From positions 17,794,001 through 17,858,000 of the forward strand of contig NC_086108.1 in assembly GCF_963921235.1 (NCBI RefSeq): a stretch of DNA of 64,000 nt, read 5' to 3'. This DNA is from Mobula hypostoma (taxonomy: Eukaryota). The translations under genes and the position numbers were made by a program. Shown here in pieces: positions 24,668 to 37,600 of the stretch. Below the pieces are notes generated by a model that saw only the letters and a list, made by a program, of their open reading frames with translations, had not been told where the DNA came from and searched no databases. Position 1 is the first letter of the stretch, and each line of letters opens with the position of its first letter.

Positions 24668-27600
24668 CATCTTCACATAACTTCCCGCATGATTCTGAGA
24701 TGTTTGACACCTGTTATATCACTCAGCTATTCAAGATAAAAAAGTTGATTACACAGTGCATACAGTGCTTTGGCATTAAAAGTATATATTTGAATTTTGC
24801 TCTAAAGTATGGAATGCAAACCTTATGGAATCAACTTAATATAACTCCCCACATGATTCTCAGTTGTCTGAGAGCTGTTATATCACTTAGCTACTCAAGA
24901 TAAAAGAGTTGATTTCTCATTGCATACAGTGCATTGGCATTGAAAGAAGTATACATTTCAATTTTACTCAAATCTGCTGACTGCAAACCTATTGGAAACT
25001 CCTTAACATTACTCCCCTCATGATTCTGAGATGTTTGACACCTGTTATATCACTCAGGTATTCAAGATAAAAAAAGTTCATTACTCAGTGCATACAGTGC
25101 ATCAGCATTAAAGGAAATATTTAAATCAATTTTACTCAATAGAACTGAATGCAAACCTTTTGGAAACATCTTAACATAACTCCCCACATGATTCTGCGTT
25201 GTCTGAGAGCTGTTATATCACACAGCTATTCAAGATAAAAAAGTTGATTTTTCAGTGCATACATTGCTTTGGCATTAAAGGAAATATATATTTCAATTTT
25301 ACTCAATAGCGCTGAATGCAAACCTCATGGATACATCTTAATATAACTCCCTACACAGTACATTGGCAATGAAAGAAGTATACAATTCAATTTTTCTCAA
25401 AACTGCTGACTGCAAACCTAGCTGAAACATCTTAAGATAACTCCCCACATGATTCTGAGATGTTTGAGACCTGTTATATCATTAGCTATTCAAGATAAAG
25501 AAGTTTTTTTTGTCATTGCATACAGAGCTCTGGCATTAAAAGTATATATTTCAATTTGACTCTAAAGTACTGAATGCAAACCTTATGGAAACATTTTAAC
25601 ATAACTCCCCACATGATTCTGCATTGTCTGTGAGCTGTTATATCACTCAGGTATTCATGATAAAAAAGTTGATATCTCAGTGCGTACAGTGCATTGCATT
25701 GAAAGAAGTACACATTTCAATTTTACTCAAAGGTACTGACTGCAAACCTAATAGAAACAACTTAACATAACTCCCTATATGATTCTGAGTTGTTAAGACC
25801 TGTTACATCAGTTAGCTATTCAAGATAAAGAAGTTTATTTGTCATTGCATACAGAGCTTTGGCATTAAAAGTATATATTTCAATTTGACTCTAAAGTACT
25901 GAATACAAACCTTATGGAAACATCTTAATATAATTCCCCACATGATTCTGAGATGTTTGAGACCTGTGACATCACGCAGCTATTCATGATAAAAAACGTT
26001 GATTTGTCAGTGCATACAGTGCTTTGGCATAAAAAGAAGTATGGTTTTCAATTTTACTCAATAGCATTGAATGCACACCTTATGGAAACGTCTTAATATA
26101 ACTCCCCACTTAATTCTGAGTTGTCTGAGAGCTGTTATATGACTTAGCTATTCAGAATTAAAAAAAGTTGATTTCTCTCTGCATACAGTGCATTGGCATT
26201 GGAAAAAGTAAACATTTCAATTTTACTCAAAGGTACAGACTGCAAACCTGATGGAAAGATCTTAACATAACTCCCCACATGATTCTGAGATGTTTGACAC
26301 CTGTTATATCACTTAGCTATTGAAGATAAAAAAGTTGATGATTCTGAGCTGTCTGTGAGCTGTTATATACTTAGCTCTTCAAGATAAAAAAGTTGATTTC
26401 GAAGTGCATACAGTGCTTTGGCATTAAAGGAAATATATATTTCAATTTTACTCAATAGCACTGAATGCAAACCCATATGGAAACGTCTTAATATAACTCC
26501 CCACTTAATTCTGAGTTGTCTGAGAGCTGTTATATCACTTAGCTATTCAGAATTTAAAAAAGTTGATTTCTCTCTGCATACAGTGCATTGGCATTGAAAG
26601 AAGTATATATTTCAATTTTATTTCAAAGATACTAACAGCAAACCTGATGGAAACATCTTAACATAACTCCCTATATGATTCTGAGTTGTTAAGACCTGTT
26701 ACGTCGCTCAGCTCTTCAAGATAAAAAAGTTGATTTCTCAGTGCATGCAGTGCATTAGCATTAAAATAAGTGTATGTTTCAATTTTACTCAAAACTGCTG
26801 ACTGCAAACCGACTGGAAACATCTTAACATAACTCCCCACATGATTCTGAGATGTTTGAGACCTGTGACATCACTCAGCTATTCAAGATAAATAAGTTGA
26901 TTTCTCAGTGCATACAATACTTTGGCATTAAAAGAAGTATGTATTTCAAGTTTACTCAATAGCACTGAATGCAAACCTAATGGAAACATCTTAACCTAAC
27001 TCCCCACCTGATTCTGCGTTGTCTGAGAGCTGTTATATCACTCAGCTATTCAAGATTATAAAAGTTGATTTTTCAGTGCATACAGTGAATTGGCATTGGA
27101 AGAAGTATACATTTCAATTTTACTCAAAGGTACTGACTGCAAACCTGATGGAAACATCTTAACATAATTACCCACATGATTCTGAGATGTTTGACACCTG
27201 TTATATCGCTTAGCTATTGAAGATAAAAAAGCTGATGATTCTGAGTTGTCTGAGAGCTGTTATATCACTTAGCTATTCAAGATAAAAAAGTTGATTTCTC
27301 ACTGCATACAGTGCTTTGGCATTTAAAGAAGTATACATTTCAATTTTACTCAACAGCACTGAATTGAAACCTAGCTGAAACATCTTAACATAACTCCCCG
27401 CATGGTTCTGAGATATTTGACGCCTGTTATTTCGCTCAGCTCTTCAAGATAAAAAAGTTGATTTCTCAGTGCATACAGTGCATTAGCATTGAAAGAAGTG
27501 TACATTTTACTTTTACTCAAAACTGCGGACTGCAAACCTGATGGAAACATCTTAACATCACTCTCCACATGATTCTGAGATGTTTGACACCTGTTATATC

Positions 27601-28218
27601 ATTTTGCTATTCAAGATAAAAATTTTGATTTCTCAGTGCATACAGTGCTTTGGCATTAAAGGAAATATATATTTCAATTTTACTCAATAGCACTGAATGC
27701 CAACTTTATGGAAACATCTTAATATAGCTCCCCAATTGATTCAGAGTTGTCTGAGAGCTGTTATATTACTTAGCTATTCAAGATAAAAAAGTTGATTTCT
27801 CAGTGCATACAGTGCATTAGCATTGAAAGAGTGTACATTTCAATTTTACTCAAAACTGCTGATTGCAAACCTACTGGAAACATCTTAATATAACTCCCCA
27901 CATGATTCTGAGATGTTTGAGACCTGATACATCATTTAGCTATTCAAGATAAAAAAGTTTAATTCTCATTGCCTACAGTGCTTTGGCATTAAAACTATAT
28001 ATTTCAATTTTACTCTAAAGTACTGAATGCAAACCTCATGGAAACATCTTAACATAATTCCCCACATGATTCTGCATTATCTCAGAGCTGTTATATCACT
28101 TAGCTATTCAAGATTATAAAAGTTGATTTTTCAGTGCATACATTGCTTTGGCATTAAAGGAAATATATATTTCAATTTTACTCAACAGCACTGAATGCAA
28201 ACCTCATGGATACATCTT

Positions 28219-29008
28219 TTTTTTAATATAATTTTTATTGAGTTTTCAAAAAGAATACATGAAAAGATAATATCTACCCGCCCCCCCTCCCATTCACCCT
28301 CCTCCCCCATATAAAGTGCTACCAAGAAAAGAAATGAAGCAAAAAAAAAGAAGAGCCGCCTGGGTATTGGAAGGTTTCCACATGCTCCATGGAATTCAAA
28401 ATAAATTTGGTATACTTATTCGTTACTTTCCCCAAGGGACCAAGATCTTTATCGGAGCACTTAAATATGCCATCCTATCTTTTGTAAATAAGGGCGCCAA
28501 ATATTCAAAAATGTTATATATTTATCTCTTAAATTATAAGTAATTTTTTCGAGTGGAATACAACTAGTCATTTCATTATTCCAACGATTCATACTTAAAA
28601 GCGAATCAGATTTCCAAGTAACTGCTATAGTCTTCTTAGCTACTGCCAATGCAATTCTTATAAATTCTTTCTGATATTTATTCAATTTAAGTTTCGGCTT
28701 TATCCCTTCAATATCACCTAATAGAAACAATACCGGGTTATGTGGAAGTTGAGTTCCAGTAATTTGTTCCAATAAGACTCTTAAATTTATCCAAAAGTGT
28801 TGAATTTTAAAACAAGACCAAGTAGAATGTAAGAAAGTACCAATTTCTTGATTACACCGAAAGCATTTGTCGGATAGATTTGAATTTAATCTATTTATTT
28901 TTTGTGGTGTAATATATAATTGGTGTAAGAAATTATATTGTACTAATCTAAGTCGAACATTTATTGTATTTGTCATACTGTCAAGACAGAGTCTTTACCA
29001 ATTTGGTT
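28219..29008 (-). mobile_element. 5'-truncated L1-clade insertion in the satellite, copy B
   Basis: Same structure and breakpoints as copy A, 4341 bp downstream; catctt at 28213-28218 and 29009-29014. Confidence 0.93.
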
Positions 29009-30019
29009 CATCTTAACAGAACTCCCCGCATGATTCTGAGATGTTTGACACCTGTTATATCACTCAGCTATTCAAGATGAAAAAGTTGATTTTTCAGTGC
29101 ATACAGTGCTTTGGCATTAAAAGAAGCAGGTATTTCTATTTTACTCATTAGTACTGAATGCAAACCTTATGGAATCATCTTAATTTAACTCCCCACATGA
29201 TTCTCAGTTGTCTGACAGCTGTTATATCACTTAGCTACTCAAGATAAAAGAGTTGATTTCTCACTGCATACAGCGCATTGGCATTGAAAGAAGTGTACAT
29301 TTCAATTTTACTCAAAACTGCTTACTGCAAACCTATGGAAACATCTTAACATAACTCCCCACATGATTCTGAGACATTTGAGACCTGTTATATCAGTTAG
29401 CTATTCAAGATGAAAAAGTTTATTTTTCATTGCATACAGTGCTTTGGCATTGAAAGTATAGATTTCAATTTTACTCCAAAGTACTGAATGCAAACCTTAC
29501 AGAAACATCTTAATATAACTCCCCACATGATTCTGAGATGTTTGAGATCTGTTACATCTCGCAGCTCTTCGACACAAAAAAGTTAATTTCTCAGTGCAAA
29601 GAGTGCATTGCCTTTAAGAGAAATATATATTTCAATTTTACTTAATAGCACTGAATGCCAACCTTATGGAAACATCTTAACATAACTCCTCATATGATTC
29701 TGACTTGTCTGAGAGCTGTTATATCACCTAGCTATGGAAGATAAAAAAACTAATTTCTCTGTGCATACAGTGCTTTAGCATTGAAAGAAGTATCCATTTC
29801 AATTTTACTCAAAATTGCTGACTGCAAACCTAATGGAAACATCTTAACAAACTCCCCACATGATTCTGCGATGTTTGACACCTGTTATATCACACAGCTA
29901 TTCAAGATAAAAAAGTTGATTTCTCAGTGCATACAGTGCTTTGGCATTAAAAGAAGTATTTATTTCAATTTTACTCTACAGTACTGAATGCAGACCTTAT
30001 GCAAATATCTTAATATAAC

Positions 30020-31690
30020 TCCCCACTTGATTCTGAGTTGTCTGAGAGCTGTTATATCAGTTAGCTATTCATGATAAAAAAGTTGATTTCTCAGTGCATA
30101 CAGTGCTTTGGCATTAAAAGAAGTATGTTTTTCAAATTTACTCAAAGGTACTGACTGTAAACCTGATGCAAACATCTTAACATAACTTCCCACATGATTC
30201 TGAGTTGTTTGAGAGTTCTTATATACTTAGCTCTTCAAGATAAAAAAAGTTGATTTCTCAGTGCATACAGTGCATTAGCATTGAAAGAAGTGTACATTTC
30301 AATTTTACTCAAAACTGCTGACTGCAAACCCGATGGAAACATCTTAACATAACTCCCCACATGATTCTGCCATGTTTCAGACCTGTTACATCCCTCAGCT
30401 CTTCGAATTAAAAAAGTTGATTTCTCAGTGCATACATTGCTTTGGCATTAAAAGAAGTATGTTTTTCAAATTTACTCAACAGCACTGAACGCAAACCTGA
30501 TGGAAACATCTTAACTTCACTAACCACATGATTCTGAGATGTTTGACACCTGTTATATCACTCAGCTATTCAAGATAAAAAAGTTGATTTCTCACTGCAT
30601 ACAGACTATTGGCATTGAAAGAAGTATACATTTCAATTTTACTCAAAGCTTCTGACTGCAAACCTGATGGAAACATCTTAACATAACTCCCTATATGATT
30701 CTGAGTTGTTTAAGACCTGTTATATCACTCAGCTATTCAAGATAAAAAAGTTGATTACTCAGTGCATACAGTGCTTCGGCATTAAAGGAAATATTTAAAT
30801 CAGTTTTACTCAATAGTACTGAATGCAAACCTTATGGAAACATCTTAATACAACTCCCCACTTGATTCTGAGTTGTCTGAGAGCTGTTATATCAGTTAGC
30901 TATTCATGATAAAAAAGTTGATTTCTCAGTGCATACAGTGCTTTGGCATTAAAAGAAGTATGTTTTTCAAATTTACTCAAAGGTACTGACTGTAAACCTG
31001 ATGCAAACATCTTAACATAACTTCCCACATGATTCTGAGTTGTTTGAGAGTTCTTATATACTTAGCTCTTCAAGATAAAAAAAGTTGATTTCTCAGTGCA
31101 TACAGTGCATTAGCATTGAAAGAAGTGTACATTTCAATTTTACTCAAAACTGCTGACTGCAAACCTCATGGAAACATCTTAACATAACTCCCCACATGAT
31201 TCTGCCATGTTTCAGACCTGTTACCTCCCTCAGCTCTTCGAAATAAAAAAGTTAATTTCTCAGTGGATACAGTGCTTTGGCATTAAAAGAAGTATGTTTT
31301 TCAAATTTACTCAACAGCACTGAACGCAAACCTGATGGAAACATCTTAACCTCACTAACCACATGATTCTGAGATGTTTGACACCTGTTATATCACTCAG
31401 CTATTCAAGATAAAAAAGTTGATTTCTCACTGCATACAGACTATTGGCATTGAAAGAAGTATACATTTCAATTTTACTCAAAGCTTCTGACTGCAAACCT
31501 GATGGAAACATCTTAACATAACTCCCTATATGATTCTGAGTTGTTTAAGACCTGTTATATCACTCAGCTATTCAAGATAAAAAAGTTGATTACTCAGTGC
31601 ATACAGTGCTTCGGCATTAAAGGAAATATTTAAATCAGTTTTACTCAATAGTACTGAATGCAAACCTTATGGAAACATCTTAATACAACT
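30020..31690. repeat. Tandem duplication of a 5-monomer (835-bp) unit
   Basis: cttgattctg at 30026/30861 and caactccc at 30851/31686. Private variants gagagttcttatatact, ctgccatgtttcagac and cagactattgg occur in both halves. Confidence 0.9.
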
Positions 31691-34447
31691 CCCAACATGA
31701 TTCTGAGATGTTTGAGACCTGTTACATCACTCAGCTCTTCGATATAAAAAAGTTAATTTCTCAGTGCAAAGAGTGTATTGGCCTTAAGAGAAATATATAT
31801 TTCAATTTTACTCAATAGCACTGAATGCCAGCCTTATGGAAACATCTTAACGTAACTCCTCATATGATTCTGACTTGTCTGAGAGCTTTTATATCACTTA
31901 TCTATTCAAGATAAAAAAGTTGATTTCTCATTACATAGAGTCCATTAGCATTGAATGAAGTTTACATTTCTTTTTTAATCAAAACTGCTGACTGCAAACC
32001 TGATGGAAACATCTTAACATAACTCCCCACATGATGCTGAATTGTCTGAGAGCTGTTACATGACTTTGCTATGCAAATAAAAAAGTTGAGTTCTCAGTGC
32101 ATACATTGCATTAGCATTGACAGTGTATATTTCAATTTTACTCAAAATTGCTGACTGCAATCCTAATGGAAACGTATTAACATAACTCCCCACATTATTC
32201 TGAGATGTTTGACAACTGATATATCACTTAGTTAGTCAAGATAAAGAAGTTGATTTTTCCGTATATACAATGCTTTCGCATTAAAAGAAGTATGTTTTTC
32301 AAATTTACTCAACAGCACTGAACACAAACCTGATGGAAACATCTTATCCTCACTAACCACATGATTCTGAGATGTTTTACACCTGTTATATCACTTAGCT
32401 ATTCAAGATAACAATTTTGATTTCTCAGTGCATACAGTGCTTTGGCATTAAAGGAAATATATATTTCAATTTTACTCAATAGCACTGAATGAAAACTTTA
32501 TGGAAACATCTTAATATAGCTCTCCAACTGATTCTGAGTTGTCTGTGAGCTGTTATATCACTTAGCTATTCAAGATAAAAAAGTTGATTTCTCTCTGCAT
32601 ACAGAGCTTTGGCATTAAAAGTATAGATTTCTATTTTACTTGAAAGTACTGAATGCAAACCTTATGGAAACATCTTAATGTAACTCCCCACATGATTCTG
32701 AGATGTTTGAGACCTGTTACATCACTCAGCTCTTCGATATAAAAAAGTTAATTTCTCAGTGCAAAGAGTGCATTGGGTTCAAGAGATATATTTATTTCAA
32801 TTTTATTCAATAGCACTGAATGCCAACCTTATGGAAACATCTTAACATAACTCCTCACATGATTCTGACTTGTCTGAGAGCTGTTATATCACTTAGCTAT
32901 GGAAGATAAAAAAGTTGATTTTTCAGTGCATACAGTGCATTAGCATTGAAAGAAGTATCCATTTCAATTTTACTCAAAGATGCTGACTGCAAACCTAATG
33001 GAAACATCTTAACAAACTCCCCACATGATTCTGAGATGTTTGAGACCTGTTATATCACTCAGCTATTCAAGATAAAAATGTTGATTTCTCAGTGCATACA
33101 GTGCTTTGGCATTAAAAGCAGTATGTATTTCAATTTCACTCAAAGGTACGGACTGCAAACCTGTTGGAAATATCTTAACATAACTCCCCACATGATTCTG
33201 AGATGTTTGACACCTGTCATATCACTTAGGTATTCAAGATGAAAAAGTTGATTTCTCCGTGTATACAATGTTTTAGCATTAAAAAAAATATGTATTTCAA
33301 TTTTACTCAAAGGCACTTACTGCAAACCTGATGGAAGCATCTTAACATCACTACCCACATGATTCTGAGTTGTGTGAGAGCTGTTATCTCACTTCGCTCT
33401 TTAAGATGGAAAAAGTTGATTACTCAGTGCATTAAGTGTATTAGCATTGAAAGAAGTGTATATTTCAATTTTACTAAAACTGCTGACTGCAAACCTAATG
33501 GAAACTTCATAACATAACTCCCCATATTATTCTGAGATGTTTGACACCTGATATATCACTTAGTTATTCAAGATAAATAAGTTGATTTCTCAGTGCATAC
33601 AGTGCTTTGGCATTAAAAGAAGTATATAATTCAATTTCACTTAATAGTACTAAATGCAAACCTGATGGAAACATCTTAACATCACTCCCCACATGATTCT
33701 GAGATGTTTGACACCTGTTATCTCATTTAGCTATTCAAGATAAAAATTTTGATTTCTCATTGCATACAGAGCTTTGACATTAAAAGTATAAATTTCAATT
33801 TTACTCTAAAGTACTGAATGCAACCCTTATGGAAACATCTTAATATAACTCCCCACATGATTCTGAGATGTTTGAGATCTGTTACATCACTCAGCTCTTC
33901 GACATAAAAAAGTTAATTTCTCAGTGCAAAGAGTGCATTGGCTTTAAGAGAAATATTTATTTCAATTTTACTCAATAGCACTGAATGCCAACCTTATGGA
34001 AACATCTTAACATAACTACTCACATGATTCTGACTTGTCTGAGAGCTGTTATATCACCTAGCTATGGAAGATGAAAAAGTTAAATTCTCTGTGCATACTG
34101 TGCTTTAGCATTAAAAGAAGTATCCATTTCAATTTTACTCAAAATTGCTGACTGCAAACCCAATTGAAACATCTTAATAAACTCCCCACATGATTCTGAG
34201 ATGTTTGAGACCTGTTATATCACTTAGCTCTTCAAGATTAAAAAGTTGATTTCTCAGTGCATACCGTGCTTTGGCATTAAAAGAAGTATGTATTTCAATT
34301 TTACTCTACAGTACTGAATGCAGACCTTATACAAACATCTTAATATAACTCCCCACTTGATTCTGAGTTGTCTGAGAGCTGTTATATCAGTTAGCTATTC
34401 AAGATAAAAAAGTTGATTTCTCACTGCATACAGTGCATTGGCATTGA

Positions 34448-34647
34448 NNNNNNNNNNNNNNNNNNNNNNNNNNNNNNNNNNNNNNNNNNNNNNNNNNNNN
34501 NNNNNNNNNNNNNNNNNNNNNNNNNNNNNNNNNNNNNNNNNNNNNNNNNNNNNNNNNNNNNNNNNNNNNNNNNNNNNNNNNNNNNNNNNNNNNNNNNNNN
34601 NNNNNNNNNNNNNNNNNNNNNNNNNNNNNNNNNNNNNNNNNNNNNNN
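34448..34647. other. Assembly gap (200 N)
   Basis: Exactly 200 Ns, typical of a fixed-size scaffolding placeholder. Confidence 0.98.
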
Positions 34648-37600
34648 TTCATGCCACTGCAGTGTAAGACAAAAAAGTTGTTTTCTCAGTGCATACAATG
34701 CTTTGACAATACAAGTAGTATACATTTCAATTTTACACCAAAGTACTTACTGCAAACCTAATGGAAACACCTTAGGTTAACTTCCCACATGATTCTGAGA
34801 TGTCTGAAAGTTGTTTCATGCCACTGCAGTGTAAGACAAAAAAGTTGTTTTCTCAGTGCATGCAAAGCTTTGACAATACAAATAGTATACATTTCAATTT
34901 TACCCCAAAGTACTTACAGCAAACCTAATGGAAACACCTTAGGTTAACTTCCCACATGATTCTGAGATGTCTGAAAGTTGTTTCATGCCACTGCAGTGTA
35001 AGACAAAAAAGTTGTTTTCTCAGTGCATACAAAGCTTTGACAATACAAGTGGTATACATTTCAATTTTACACCAAAGTACTTACAGCAAACCTAATGGAA
35101 ACACCTTAGGTTAACTTCCCACATGATTCTGAGATGTCTGAAAGCTGTTTCATGCCAATGCAGTGTAAGACAAAAAAGTTGTTTTCTTAGTGCATGCAAT
35201 GCTTTGACAATACAAGTAGTATACATTTCAATTTTACACCAAAGTACTTACAGCAAACCTAATGGAAACACCTTAGGTTAACTTCCCACATGATTCTGAG
35301 ATGTCTGAAAGTTGTTTCATGCCTCTGCAGTGCTAAGACAAAAAAGTTAGTTTCTCAGTGCATGCAAAGCTTTGACAATACAAGTGGTATACATTTCAAT
35401 TTTACCCCAAAGTACTTACAGCAAACCTAATGGAAACACCTTAGGTTAACTTCCCACATGATTCTGAGATGTCTGAAAGTTGTTTCATGCCTCTGCAGTG
35501 TAAGACAAAAAAGTTGTTTTCTCAGTGCATACAATGCTTTGACAATTCAAATAGTATACATTTCAATTTTACCCCAAAGTACTTACTGCAAACCTAATGG
35601 AAACACCTTAGGTTAACTTCCCACATGATTCTGAGATGTCTGAAAGTTGTTTCATGCCACTGCAGTGTAAGACAAAAAAGTTGTTTTCTCAGTGCATACA
35701 AAGCTTTGACAATACAAGTGGTATACATTTCAATTTTACACCAAAGTACTTACAGCAAACCTAATGGAAACACCTTAGGTTAACTTCCCACATGATTCTG
35801 AGATGTCTGAAAGTTGTTTCATGCCACTGCAGTGTAAGACAAAAAAGTTGTTTTCTCAGTGCATACAAAGCTTTGACAATACAAATAGTATACATTTCAA
35901 TTTTACAGCAAAGTACTTACTGCAAACCTAATGGAAACACCTTAGGTTAACTTCCCACATGATTCTGAGATGTCTGAAAGTTGTTTCATGCCACTGCAGT
36001 GTAAGACAAAAAAGTTGTTTTCTCAGTGCATGCAATGCTTTGACAATACAAATAGTATACATTTCAATTTTACACCAAAGTACTTACAGCAAACCTAATG
36101 GAAACACCTTAGGTTAACTTCCCACATGATTCTGAGATGTCTGAAAGTTGTTTCATGCCACTGCAGTGTAAGACAAAAAAGTTGTTTTCTCAGTGCATAC
36201 AATGCTTTGACAATACAAATAGTATACATTTCAATTTTACCCCAAAGTACTTACTGCAAACCTAATGGAAACACCTTAGGTTAACTTCCCACATGATTCT
36301 GAGATGTCTGAAAGTTGTTTCATGCCACTGCAGTGTAAGACAAAAAAGTTGTTTTCTCAGTGCATACAAAGCTTTGACAATACAAGTGGTATACATTTCA
36401 ATTTTACACCAAAGTACTTAGAGCAAACCTAATGGAAACACCTCAGGTTAACTTCCCACATGATTCTGAGATGTCTGAAAGTTGTTTCATGCCACTGCAG
36501 TGTAAGACAAAAAAGTTGTTTTCTCAGTGCATACAATGCTTTGACAATACAAATAGTATACATTTCAATTTTACACCAAAGTACTTACTGCAAACCTAAT
36601 GGAAACACCTTAGGTTAACTTCCCACATGATTCTGAGATGTCTGAAAGTTGTTTCATGCCACTGCAGTGTAAGACAAAAAAGTTGTTTTCTCAGTGCATA
36701 CAATGCTTTGACAATACAAATAGTATACATTTCAATTTTACCCCAAAGTACTTACAGCAAACCTAATGGAAACACCTTAGGTTAACTTCCCACATGATTC
36801 TGAGATGTCTGAAAGTTGTTTCATGCCACTGCAGTGTAAGACAAAAAAGTTGTTTTCTCAGTGCATGCAAAGCTTTGACAATACAAATGGTATACATTTC
36901 AATTTTACAGCGAAGTACTTACAGCAAACCTAATGGAAACACCTTAGGTTAACTTCCCACATGATTCTGAGATGTCTGAAAGTTGTTTCATGCCACTGCA
37001 GTGTAAGACAAAAAAGTTGTTTTCTCAGTGCATACAAAGCTTTGACAATACAAGTGGTATACATTTCAATTTTACACCAAAGTACTTACAGCAAACCTAA
37101 TGGAAACACCTTAGGTTAACTTCCCACATGATTCTGAGATGTCTGAAAGTTGTTTCATGCCTGTGCAGTCTAAGACAAAAAATTTGTTTTCACAGTGCAT
37201 AAAATGCTTTAACAAGACAAATAGTATACATTTCAATTTTATAGCAAAGTACTTACTGCAAACCTAATGGAAACACCTTAGGTTAACTTCCCACATGATT
37301 CTGAGATGTCTGAAAGTTGTTTCATGCCTCTGCAGTGCTAAGACAAAAAAGTTAGTTTCTCAGTGCATGCAAAGCTTTGACAATACAAGTGGTATACATT
37401 TCAATTTTACACCAAAGTACTTACAGCAAACTTAATGGAAACACCTTAGGTTAACTTCCCACATGATTCTGAGATGTCTGAAAGTTGTTTCATGCCACTG
37501 CAGTGTAAGACAAAAAAGTTGTTTTCTCAGTGCATACAATGCTTTGACAATACAAATAGTATACATTTGAATTTTACCCCAAAGTACTTTCAGCAAACCT

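Larger units (their letters stand above)
19230..34447. repeat. Diverged ~167-bp tandem satellite (about 80 monomers)
   Basis: Recurrent atgattctgag...tgttatatcact.agctattcaagataaaaaagttgatttctcagtgcataca...tttcaattttactc...tgcaaacct.atggaaacatcttaa; for example atgattct at 19251, 19415 and 19582. Confidence 0.97.

Noticed and set aside
24120..28976. Two open 171-aa ORFs as a duplicated host gene
   Set aside because: They are the ORF2 C-terminus of a 5'-truncated L1 with poly-A and target-site duplication; remaining open is compatible with modest age.
34648..34814. Monomer built from five ~33-bp subrepeats (aaagttgttt occurs twice about 33 bp apart)
   Set aside because: Only one pair aligns convincingly; the rest of the monomer does not fit that period by eye.
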